This document shows, one piece after another, positions 12,576 to 23,199 of a DNA stretch of 64,000 bases. The notes below the pieces were generated by a model, which made no database searches, was not told the origin of the DNA, and saw only the letters and a list, made by a program, of their open reading frames with translations. The position numbers and the translations under genes are program-made. The stretch's first letter is position 1, and every line of letters begins with the position of its first letter. This stretch comes from Sphaerodactylus townsendi (taxonomy: Eukaryota), in contig NC_059437.1 in NCBI RefSeq assembly GCF_021028975.2, forward strand, positions 45,198,001 to 45,262,000, given 5' to 3'.

Positions 12576-14004
12576 TGTATACATTTGGTTCTAGAGTCAT
12601 CTTTTGCAGGCCTTTGTCCAAAATGTAGCTCTGCTGTCACCCGTTTACCCTTGACCCTCTTTCAGTGATGGAGCCTAGACAAGCTTTGGTGCTAGAGTTT
12701 CCTAGTAGTCTATGTCTTCAGAGGTGGTGAGGCAATCATGGGTGTGCGACTTGGATTTTGCCATGTGGGCTGGACCAGGGAGTGGTGAGGAGGAGATGAA
12801 ATCCCACCACTGAGATCTGATCTCCAAAACGAGCTACAAACCCCACGCCCGTCCCAGCCTGCCTTGGCTATAATTAAGGTGTGACTTCTGTCATTCTGCA
12901 GGGCTAGGAGTCAGTTTTATGGGACTAGGGTTTGTCTGGTTCCCCACTCTGAAAGGTTGCTCTTTCTTCCTCCATGATGCAACGATGACTTTTGAACGCG
13001 TTTTCTGCCACAGGATTATTTGGAGCTAGAGACTATTGCAGATTTCTATGCGCTGCCATTCCGCAGATACGTGAGAAGTTCCCCCAAGTTTTATATGGAA
13101 CAAAATATACATTAAATAGGATTCTAGTTTCTAGCTTGGGTGCTGGTTAGATGAACTGATTGAAATGTTTTAATTGCCAGAAGTATCTAAATCCATGTCA
13201 TCAGATTTTATTTTTAAAAGAGGTTTCATCCAAGTCATTGCAAAACCCACACATCTTGAAGGGAACATTCCCTCTTTTGTGAAAGAGAAGGGAGATGTTA
13301 CTTTTCAGCTGGTATCTCCCGAAAGAGGTGAGCATTATGCAAAAACAAAGGAAGTGTTTTCCTTCTTTGGAACTATTGTGTGTGTGTGTGGGGTGGGAGG
13401 GTTGTGCTGCAAATTAAGGCAAACAATTGATTCTTAATAGATGGTAGTTTGTTCAATTAAACCAATGAAGACATCCTATTCATTTGGTGCCAGACTTAAT
13501 TTTTATGGCACGCTGTGTCTACTAGTTAAGAAATGTGTCTGGGTGTGTCAGAGGAGGACGGAAATTAAAATGTACTAAACGATCGCTATTCAGCACAGCT
13601 TGAGCATATGGGGCAGGGCCTTGGCTCCGTGGCAGAGGACATGCTTTGCATACTGAAGCTTCCTGGCATTTCCAGTTAAAGGATCTCCAGCAGCAAGTGT
13701 TGCAAAAGACCTTTTTCTCTTTGTAAGACCCCCCCCCTCCAAAAAAACAAATACTTCTGGATACTTCTGGATTTAGATACTGCCACCAGAGCAGTCAATA
13801 TTCAGCGAGCTGGACCAGCAATCTAACTCATGATGAAGCAGGTTCATAAGCTGACTCACAACACACACAAAGCTGCATTATACTCAAACTGACCATAGGT
13901 CTATCAAGGACAGGACTGTCTACTCCATCTTGCAGTGGGTCTCCAGACCTCCTCAAGGGGAGGTCTTTCACATCAGTTGCTACCCAGGGCTTTGTTCAGT
14001 GGAA

Positions 14005-14285
14005 GAAGTAGAAAAGTTTGGATTCATATCCCCCCTTTCTCTCCCGAAAGGAGACTCAAAGGGGCTTAGCCTTTCCCTCTCCCCTGCAACAAACACCCTG
14101 TGAGATGGGTGGGGCTGAGAGAGCTCTGAAGAATTGTGACTAGCCCAAGGTCACCAAGCTGGCATGTGTCGGAGTGCGCAAGCTAATCTGGTTCATCAGA
14201 TAAGCCTCCACAAGTGGCAGAGCGGGAAATCAGACCCAGTTCTCCACATTAGAGTGCACCTGCTCTTAACCTCTACACCATGCTG
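14005..14285 (-). mobile_element. Squam3-like SINE, near full length
   Basis: Reverse-complement tRNA-like head (tggtgtagaggttaagagcaggtgcactctaat) and characteristic tail. Confidence 0.75.
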
Positions 14286-14469
14286 GAGATGTTGGGACCA
14301 TCTGCATCCCAAACAGATGCTCTGCCATTGAGCCTCCTCTAACCTTCAGAAAGCTTCTAAGATGCTCTGGCCCTGGAGGTGTTGCAAAAACCATTCAGAC
14401 ACACAGAATACCTTATATTAAACAGGGACATGGTATCCTCAACAGTGGTGAATTAAAAAGAGAGAGAGA

Positions 14470-14870
14470 AGATGGTGGTGGAAGGTGCCCTCAAGTCATA
14501 GCTGACTTATGGTGACCCACAAGGTCTTCAAGGCAAGATATGGACCAAGGTGGGTCACTGTTCTGAGATCTGACCAGATTGGAGTAGCCGGGTTCAAAGA
14601 TGCTTGGTGTCTAAACCAGCTCATAGAGAGTCCCATCCTAGACATGTAGTAGGCATACATCATGCACGTATGATGTGTGTGTAAAGTACCGTCAAGTAGT
14701 AACTGATTTATGGCAACCCAATAGAGTTTTCAAGGCAAGAGAGTAATAGAGATGGTTTGTCATTGCCTTGTCTGCATAGCAACCCTGATATTCCCTGGTG
14801 ATATCTCATCCAAGTACAAACCAGGGCCTACCCTGCTTGGTTTCTGAGCTCTGACAAGATCAGGCTAGCC
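14470..14870 (-). mobile_element. Two 5S rRNA-derived SINEs (5S-Sauria-like)
   Basis: Minus strand gctagcctgatcttgtcagagctcagaaaccaagcagggtaggccctggtttgtacttggatgag resembles 5S rRNA, followed by a tcttgccttgaaaac...cacacac tail. Confidence 0.7.
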
Positions 14871-15297
14871 CATATATGATAATGAATCCTGTCGGCCCAA
14901 GTCCTTTCTCGAAGGAGCCCTGCTTTTCAAACCAAGTGTATCTGACAACATGCTTTCCCGGCTGCCGTCTAAGAAAGCTGCTCTTTCAGTGATCTTCACG
15001 GGCTTCCAGGTTCTGATCTGCCATAGCTTTGAAGCACTGGCTACACAGGCTGCTTTGTTCAGGAGACAAAACAAGGACTGGAGTGAAAAAAATTGTCAGA
15101 GCAGTCCACACTCAATTAAATCAGTGACAAAACTCCCAGCAAAGAGTCTTCCATTGCACCATAAAGGAGCTATGGCTCAATAGCATTCTTTGGATTATTC
15201 AGTAGTCACCAGGTGTCTCCTTAGTCCCAGAGGGTAGAAATCGCTGGTCCTGAAATGGTCTCTTGTAATGCAGCAGCTCAGGCTGCCGTAAATGTGT

Positions 15298-15546
15298 GCA
15301 TACTTTCTAATCTGGAGAACTGGGTTTGATTCCCCACTCCTCCACCTGAGTGGCAGAGGCTTATCTGGTGAACCAGATGTGTTTCCACACTCCTACACTC
15401 CTGCTGGGTGACCTTGGGACAGTTCTTCAGAACTCTCCCAGCTCTACCTACCTCACAAGGTGTCTGTTGTGGGGAGAGGCGGGGAAAGGAGCTTGTAAGC
15501 CACCTGGAGTCTCCTTACAGGAGAGAAAGGTGGATTATAAATCCAA

Positions 15547-15620
<74 letters not shown>
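15298..15620 (+). mobile_element. Squam3-like SINE with expanded (TAC)n tail (about 15548-15620)
   Basis: SINE body followed by about 24 perfect TAC units. Confidence 0.8.
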
Positions 15621-15865
15621 GGAAACACTTCTGGCTGGTGTGCTTTGAAGCTGCATGCTCTGGCAGAAACCTACATTGATCCAAAGGGGGGGGCATTACT
15701 GTGTCATCAGCAGGTTATTTTTTTTGTAGCATCACCCTTTCAGCTTGCAAAGTTGGCTTGATTTGGGATGTTGGCTTAACTGGTCGCCTTAAGATAATCT
15801 GTGCAGTGAGAGCTGGAGTTTCAGCTCCTGGATCTGTTTTGCAACAAGAATTCTGGAATCCAAAC

Positions 15866-16250
15866 ACATAGAATCATAAAGTTGGAAAAGACCACGAGGG
15901 CCATCAAATCCATCCCCTGCCATGCAGGAACACACAGCCAAAGCACTCCTGACAAATGTTCATCCAGCTTCTGTTTAAAAACCTCCAAAGAAGGAGAATC
16001 CACCACACTTCGAGGCAGTGAATTTCACTGTCCAACAGCCCTGACAGTCAGAAAGTTCTTCCTAATGTTTAGGTGGAATCTCTTTTCCTGCACCTTGAAT
16101 CCATTGCTCCTGGTCCTAGTCTCTGAGGCAGCAGAAAACAAGCTTGCTCCCTCACCAACCTGACATCCCCTCTAATATCTAAACACAGCTATCATGTCCC
16201 CCCTTAACCTTCACTTCTCCAGACTAAACATCCCCAGCTCCCTAAGTCTC
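15866..16250 (-). mobile_element. CR1 LINE 3' fragment
   Basis: Minus-strand VVDSPSLEVFKQKLDEHLSG (CR1 ORF2 end) and an attctatg-type tail. Confidence 0.9.
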
Positions 16251-17274
16251 TTTTTGTACAACTATAAAATGATTACTCTGAAGGACTTTCCCAGTTAGCA
16301 ACCTTCCAAGCAAGGTTTGCAGGGCACTTGGAGACTGCAGCCAAGTAATTTCCCACCCCTAACAAACACACAAAGGTGAAGCTGCCTTATAGGAAAGGGA
16401 CATTTTTAGCCATCAAGATTAGTATTGTCAGCAGCTTTTGGCCTTGGGAGTCTCTGGTAGAGGTCCTTCCCCTCACCTCTCCCTGACCCATTTAACTGGA
16501 GATGTCAGGGTCAATCGCTTCTCGGCCTTTTGGCTAAGAAAGTATTCTCTATGTGTGAAATGTCAGGGTCCAAACCTGCTTTCACTGAGCCACGGCCCCT
16601 CTGGCACAACACTGTGGATCTCAGGAGGCATTCACACACTCGATGGATAAAACCCATGATTTGTATGTGCTGTGGAGACAAAATGATCGGATCTGCCATG
16701 TTGTATGAAATGGAGTTTTTTTCCCAATTGATTAAGTTCTACTCAGTGCAGGAGAGTAGATTTTGGCAGAGTAAAAGTGTCAGGCATTCTGCGACACAGC
16801 CAGTTACCCAGAAGGCTCTCTGGCACTGAAGGTCTGGAAGCAGGGTCTGGATAGTTATTTGGAAGCTCTAGACATGCATTTCCTGAATGGGGAAGAGGGC
16901 TAGATGGGATGGACTGTAAAGGCCTCTTCCAACTCCCAGACTCATGCTGCAAAATGCCTGCAACTGTGGACCAGTGAAAAATATGGAAACAACCAATGTC
17001 ATTACTGTTGTTTGATTGATTAGTTCTTAAGATTTGCTTTATGTATTTATGCAAGATGCAAGTGACTTACAGCTACCCCAGCAAGGAGTGTTTGGGGCAA
17101 GAGAGAGGCAAAGGTGGTTTGCCATTGCTTCCTCTGCAGAGTCTTCCTTGGTGGTCTCCCTTCCAAGCACTGTCTCTGCTCAGATCTGACAAGAATGGGC
17201 TATACTATGCCACCTTCCTTCCAATATTTGCTTCAGATAGGAATTACTGCTCCATCCCTCCCCACCCTATAGAT

Positions 17275-17367
17275 CAGTAGTGGCGAACCTTTGGCACTCC
17301 ATGCTGGCAGAGGCTGATGGGAATTGTAGTCCATAACATCTGGAGTGCCAAAGGTTTTCCACCACAG
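17275..17367. mobile_element. hAT (Charlie-like) MITE
   Basis: Inverted ends and 8-bp TSD CTATAGAT; core gctgatgggaattgtagt shared with the 39414 copy. Confidence 0.8.
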
Positions 17368-17451
17368 CTATAGATGGTCTTGGGAGCTGAAATGGCTGGA
17401 AGGTCTAACTACATTTAAATATGAATAAAATAATTAGATTGCCGAAACTTC

Positions 17452-17601
17452 GGCCCCTGCCGCACATGCAGAATAATGCACTTTCAATATACTTTCAATA
17501 CACTTCGCTGTGGGATTGTACTGTGTGGAATAGCAAAATCCACTTGCAAACAATTGTGAAAGTGGATTGAAGGTCCATTATTCTGCATGCACGGAAGGAT
17601 C
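17452..17601. mobile_element. MITE family A
   Basis: TIR match. Confidence 0.8.
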
Positions 17602-18144
17602 CCTGGAGCTGAAAAAGTTCTGGATGGGAAACCCGCTGGGAAACCTTGGAAGCAACTCTGAACTTTCCAGAGACGAGCAGGATATAAACAGGCAAATTGT
17701 GTAAACAAACCAGCTAGGCCCTGATCTTTTGCCCAGGGTGCCAAGTCATTTCCCACATATCTTCGGTCCAGATGGTCTTTGTGCAAATATAAACCAAAAT
17801 CTTTGCATCTTTACTCCCGGGATTAGATTCTGGAAAGTGTTTGGGGCAGAATGCACACAGGTTTTAAGAACAGGGTGTCCTTAACCTTTGTTCTTCCCCA
17901 GTCCTTTAACATAGGAGGGGGTGTCCACAGTGAGTCCCCTGCCATTTCAAGCTTCTTAACTGTGGAAACAGCCTGGGCGGGGCTCCCTTGGGATGGGGAA
18001 CAGCAGGCATTGCTCCAGGAAAATGACCTCAGCAGCCCTCAGGATACTGCTCCTATTTAAAGAGAGGCATCTGTACCACCAGGCAAGGGGGGGGGGGATC
18101 TGATGGCCAAAGAATAACAAGGAGCTAATGGTCACCTTTCTTAT

Positions 18145-18395
18145 TGGTTGTGGAGGGTTTTCCGGGCTGTGTGGCCGTGGTCTGGTGGATCTTGTTCCTA
18201 ACATTTCGCCTGCATCTGTGGCTGGCATCTTCAGAGGTGTATCACAGAGGGAAGCCTGTCACACACTGTGTCCAGTGAGAAGGGAACGTTTAGTGGGGTA
18301 TATATTGTCCATGTCCCAGGGTGGGGAACCAATCAGTAAGTGTTTTGGATGGAACTTGCTATGCAAAGGTGTGGTTGATAGTATTGTATTGCGGG
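18145..18395 (-). mobile_element. Penelope-like element fragment with hammerhead-like motif
   Basis: Reverse complement of the 2351-2472 family, extending further into the element. Confidence 0.7.
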
Positions 18396-18761
18396 TAGGT
18401 TTTTCAATAATAACCATAATAACCTTTCTTATTGCTTATCTATCCCCAGAGATGCTAATTTTCCCTAGTCAGAGGAGAGAGAATTAGCTGCCAAACGGTG
18501 GGGGTGGGAATATACAACAGGGAAGGAGGCATCAGCTCCCTACCTGTTTATGAATTTGTTGGTAGGGTGTAATAGTGAAAGACTTAGAAGACCCAGGTTT
18601 GAGTCTTGACTTGTTCAACTTGGCTGCTCACCGGTCTGCTTCATGGGGTTATTGTGAGGCTAAAGAAGGTAAGACTTCTGAGCTCCCTGGAGGGAGAGGG
18701 GAATTGAAAGAGGTGTTTTAGAGTCATCTTTTCTGCAGGTGAAGAAGACATAAGAATGTAG

Positions 18762-18902
18762 GGCTGATTCCGCATGGGCCAAAAACAGCGGTGTGAAAAT
18801 GGTGTGAAAACAGTATAAACCCTTTTATGCCATTTTAAACCCTTTTACACCATTTTCACACCATTTTTCACACTGCTGTTTTTGGCCCATGCGGAATCAG
18901 CC
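18762..18902. mobile_element. PIF/Harbinger-type MITE, family B
   Basis: TIR GGCTGATTCCGCATGGGCCAAAAACAGC, TAG TSD, fully palindromic; other copies at 25609-25726, 48750-48818 (partial) and 55173-55301. Confidence 0.85.
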
Positions 18903-20013
18903 TAGGTGTAAAAAAAATTACTCTTCTCTCTTGTGTAGGTGAATCACTTGAGGAATGCAAGGGTAATAGATTACGTGAAAATGATCCATTCACAATTTTT
19001 CCCACTCCAAACATTTCCCAGCCGAATCCATTCACAAGTGTCGGTTTAACCAGCTATGGAGCTGTTCTACACTTGAGACAGGGACTCTGTTGGGAATGTC
19101 GGGTTCTCTAAATTAGCTCGGATTTTCATCTGTAAAATGGGAATAATTTAGGAATTTAGATGCCAGAGTTCTTCCAAAGGCCAGTTCAGAGAAGGGCTGT
19201 AACCCCCTTCCCGCCCCCCACAAACATATATATTCCAAACCTTGTGTTGATGATCAAAGGGCAAAGTTTTGAAGATTCAGCAGCCAGCAAGTTTTCAGAT
19301 TCTCATTTTCAAAAAGCAGCTCTTTCAGATTTCGCTTCCCAGAAATTCGGCATGGAGGGGATTCTTTTTCTTCCTTCCTGAAACCCTGTGGGAAAATGAC
19401 AAGACATCCACGTGAAGAATAATCTTGCTGGCCAAACAGAACTCCCAGGCTGTTTCTCAGCATTCATAACGGAGAATCTGAATAAAGAAATCAAGCTAAA
19501 AGAAATGACACCACCCAGGAGCCCAGATTCCCTCGAGCAGCTCCAGATCCCCAGTGGTTTTCACTTCCTTAAAAATGTCTACATTAGTGGTTACTATTAT
19601 TCATATTAGTGTATAATTAGCAGTATGATCGGACTGAAACAGTAATTATTGGCGCATACTCCTCTGCCTTTATAATGCGCAGTTTCATGATATGAGATCT
19701 CTGTAGGGAACTAAAGATCATGTCACTAATAAAGATGTAGTCTATAGGCTATAATCTTTCAGCAGTTGTTGGATTAATACATGCTTTCAGTTCATTTATG
19801 GGAGATCTAAAAGTAAGATTCAGCTCCTTTTTTTCAATGGAAGCTCGGTTCTCGGCAAGTTATCTTCAGAAGCAGCAAGGCTGGGGTGATGTCTTTTTAA
19901 ATTATTAGCTTTAGTAGTTCGTAGCTCAGTGAACAAGAGCGACCCAATCAAGATACCCTCAAATGACCAGTTGTGTTGAAAACGCAGTGAATACAGAATG
20001 GCTTTGGCCCAAT

Positions 20014-20161
20014 GCCCCTTCCGCATATGCAGAATAATCCACTTTCAATCCACTTTCAATGCACTTTGCAGCTGGATTTTACTGTGTGAAGCAGCAAAAT
20101 CCACTTGCAGACAATTGTGAATGGATTGGAAGTGCATTATTCTGCATGTGCGGAAGGGACC
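20014..20161. mobile_element. MITE family A
   Basis: TIR match. Confidence 0.8.
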
Positions 20162-20717
20162 CAAGTGAAGCGCTCCCTTCCCACACTCCCAATCCAGTTT
20201 GGTTTAATGGGAAAGTTAAAGGAAATGCGGACATCTGTCCCTTGAAATCAGGCGCTGAACGTGAATTGGATCAGGACCATAGCTTCGAGGCTGACATCGA
20301 AATCCGTGGGACTAGCATTTGGACCTAAGCGTTGACCATCTGGCTTGTTAGTTATGTGGCTAGTTAAACCTGTCAGAAGCACGCCCATGGGTGGACTAAA
20401 CTTGTAGGAGGTGCCAGGTGACTATAAATATCTCAGGCACTTGGTCACAAACTATTTACCCCACAGGCGGATCCATCTGCTTGAATTGGGTTACTTAAAC
20501 TAGTAAATTTTAACCAAGCACACTGCTGTGAGAATCACAGAAAAGGGGCAGAAAGGAATAAGAACCCGTCAATTCTAGGCTTAATGCTAACAATAAATGG
20601 GCAAATATTAAAATAATGCATTGATCAAGAATTGAAGAGGACCACCTACAGACACTGTCTTGTTTATGTACTTCTTTAGTCATTGGACTACATCAGCCGT
20701 CCAACTTTCTCACTGAG

Positions 20718-20847
20718 GGCACTTCCGCACACGCAGAATAATCCACTTTCAATGCACTTTGCAGCTGTGTTGTACTGTGTGAAATAGCACAATCCGCTTG
20801 CAAACAAGTGGACTGGAAGTGTATTATTCTGCACGTGTGAAAGTGCC
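20718..20847. mobile_element. MITE family A (diverged)
   Basis: TIR match with TGA flanks. Confidence 0.75.
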
Positions 20848-20965
20848 CTGAGGCTCAAAGCAGATTGCAGAATTATGAAACCCTGCGATAAAGTCCAGGA
20901 TAACACATCCCAAAAACAATAACATAAACCTGCTTGAGGATTATGGTCAGTCAGGAATATTAAGA

Positions 20966-21067
20966 GTGATTCTGCACTGCATATTTATGAAGTGCTGCAA
21001 TAGTTATAAATGAACCGAGTTCATATATAACGACTGCAACTCGTCATAAATACGCTGTGCGGAAAGC
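20966..21067. mobile_element. Palindromic MITE family C (Harbinger-like end)
   Basis: ttctgcactgcatatttatga...tcataaatacgctgtgcggaa inverted repeat; related end at 34345-34385. Confidence 0.55.
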
Positions 21068-21570
21068 CTTCGACAATACACTTAAATCTCCTTCTCGACC
21101 TTCCTTCCTTCGTTTTAAGCTCTTTTCTGCTGCCCTTTGAGTTGGGAGAGCGACCCCCCCCCCTTTCCGGGCCTGGGAAAGAGTTTGAGCTGGCCCTTTG
21201 GGGCAACTTTGACTCTGTGAGGTCTAATGCGAGGAGGAGGGGGGGAGGAGAGTGAGCAAGTTCGGCCATCTCTGCTTCCCCCTCCCTTTCCAGCCCTTTC
21301 CAAGGGGTTGATGTAGCCCGAGTATCGCGTTGCACAAGCCCCACGTCTGGCTGAGCCATGAAAAGCGATCCTGTTTCGCCGGCTGGCCTTCTAACGTTGC
21401 AGCTGAGAAAGGTGAAGGCGTTTGGAGGATGACTTTCCAGGTGACTGCCAATTAAGCAGATTTATATGTCTGGCTCGCCCGGCGGAGAAGGCCAGACTCG
21501 GCCTGCCGGCAAGAACCTTCCATTCAGGGGTGCCAGAAAACACATTAAGACCTAGGAAGGGGGGGGGGGG

Positions 21571-21715
21571 NNNNNNNNNNNNNNNNNNNNNNNNNNNNNN
21601 NNNNNNNNNNNNNNNNNNNNNNNNNNNNNNNNNNNNNNNNNNNNNNNNNNNNNNNNNNNNNNNNNNNNNNNNNNNNNNNNNNNNNNNNNNNNNNNNNNNN
21701 NNNNNNNNNNNNNNN
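21571..21715. other. Assembly gap (145 N)
   Basis: Run of N following a poly-G run. Confidence 1.
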
Positions 21716-22219
21716 GCTGAAATAAGCATCTCTGCTTTCTCCGTCTGGCAAGAAATCTATGCTTGATGAAAACTCTTCTTGACAGATCTGTGTTCTCTGG
21801 CCCACACGCTATTTTATCTATGATTTTTAACACCCTTTTTCTGTCCCAAATATATTTTGTGCACTTTCCTTCTCTTTTCTTTCTTCTCTTCCTTCCTTCC
21901 TTCCTTCCCTCCCTCCCTCCCTCCCTCCCTCCCTCCTCCCTTCCTTCCTTTCTCTCTCTCCTGGATCCAAGGAATATCGGTAGAGGCTGTGGGCGTATTG
22001 GGGGTGGGGGTGGTGAATAGATGATGAAAAATATCATAAATTGTAGGCTGCAGAATCAGACATCTTTAACTTCTGCCCTCAAGTCAGTGGGAATTTAATT
22101 TAATCTGCCCACTCGTTTGCTTTGAAGGAGAGGGGGCTTCATAGGATTGGGAAGAGGGGTGGCCCAGAAAAGGTCCGGACCACACTGTTTAAAAACAAAC
22201 ACACGAACAAAACATAAGG

Positions 22220-22372
22220 AAGTGTTGTGGGTTTTCTGGGCTGTATGGCCGTGTTCCAGTAGCATTTTCTCCTGATGCCAGTCACAGATGCAGGCAAAAC
22301 TTCAGGAGAAAATGCTACTGGAAACCCCAAAACACTCCAGTGATTCCGGCCCTGAAAGCCTTCGACAATACA
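22220..22372. mobile_element. Penelope-like inverted terminal fragment
   Basis: ttccagtagcattttctcctga / tcaggagaaaatgctactggaa inverted pair plus gattccggccctgaaagccttcgacaataca. Confidence 0.7.
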
Positions 22373-22858
22373 TAAAACATAAAGAAACTTTCCTTATAGG
22401 CTCTTCCCAAAGGGGCTGCTTCGACCTCTTTCCGGAATCCGGACCTTAACATTTGGGCCACAGAGAATCTCCCGGGCTTTCCTTTCCCCGCTGGGCTGCT
22501 GCTTCTTCTCGACTGAGTGTCAGAAGAGGGTGGCCGCCCTGGTCTGGGGGGCTGCATCTGGAGTGGGGTCCGGGAGCACTTTAGGGACCAAGAAGCGGTT
22601 CAGGGAAATGGACTCGACTCCAGCTGTCCTGCCCTGGACTCCCCTTGAGGACGGCCATGGAGAGAAATTTTGACACTCGATAGCTCATACCCTGAAAGTT
22701 TGAATGGTCTCTAGGTGCCCCTGGATTGGAATCTAACAGCAGAATTTAGCGCTCCTCCCCGCTCCAATTCTAGGCTTCCCTCGGCCCAGGGAGGTGGGGA
22801 CGCCCTCCTGCTCTCTCCACAGGTCCTTTTCGAAATCTTCAGTGCCTCAGGGTGTTGG

Positions 22859-23166
22859 GAGCAGCAGTGGTTAAGAGCAGGTGCACTCTAATCTGGACAA
22901 CCGGGTTTGATTCCACACTCTGCCACTTGGGCCATGGAGGCTTATCTGGTGAACCAGATTAGCTTGTGCACTCCGACACATGCCATTCTGGGTGACCTTG
23001 GGCTAGTCACAGTTCTTCAGAGCTCTCTCAGCCCCACGCACCTCACAGGGTGTTTGTTGTTGTTGGGGGGGGGGGAAGGAGTCTGTAAGTCCCTTTGAGT
23101 CTCCTTACAGGAGAGAAGGGGAGGGGTATACATTCAAACTCTTCTTCTTCTCTCCTTCTTCTTCTT
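22859..23166 (+). mobile_element. Squam3-like SINE bordering the distal CpG island
   Basis: tRNA-like head, body and (CTT)n tail. Confidence 0.8.
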
Positions 23167-23199
23167 CGGTCCAGGTGCCCTCAGCCTTTCTCAGGGGCT

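Noticed and set aside
15350-15761. ORFs with poly-Leu, poly-Tyr or poly-Val
   Set aside because: Translations of the (TAC)n SINE tail.
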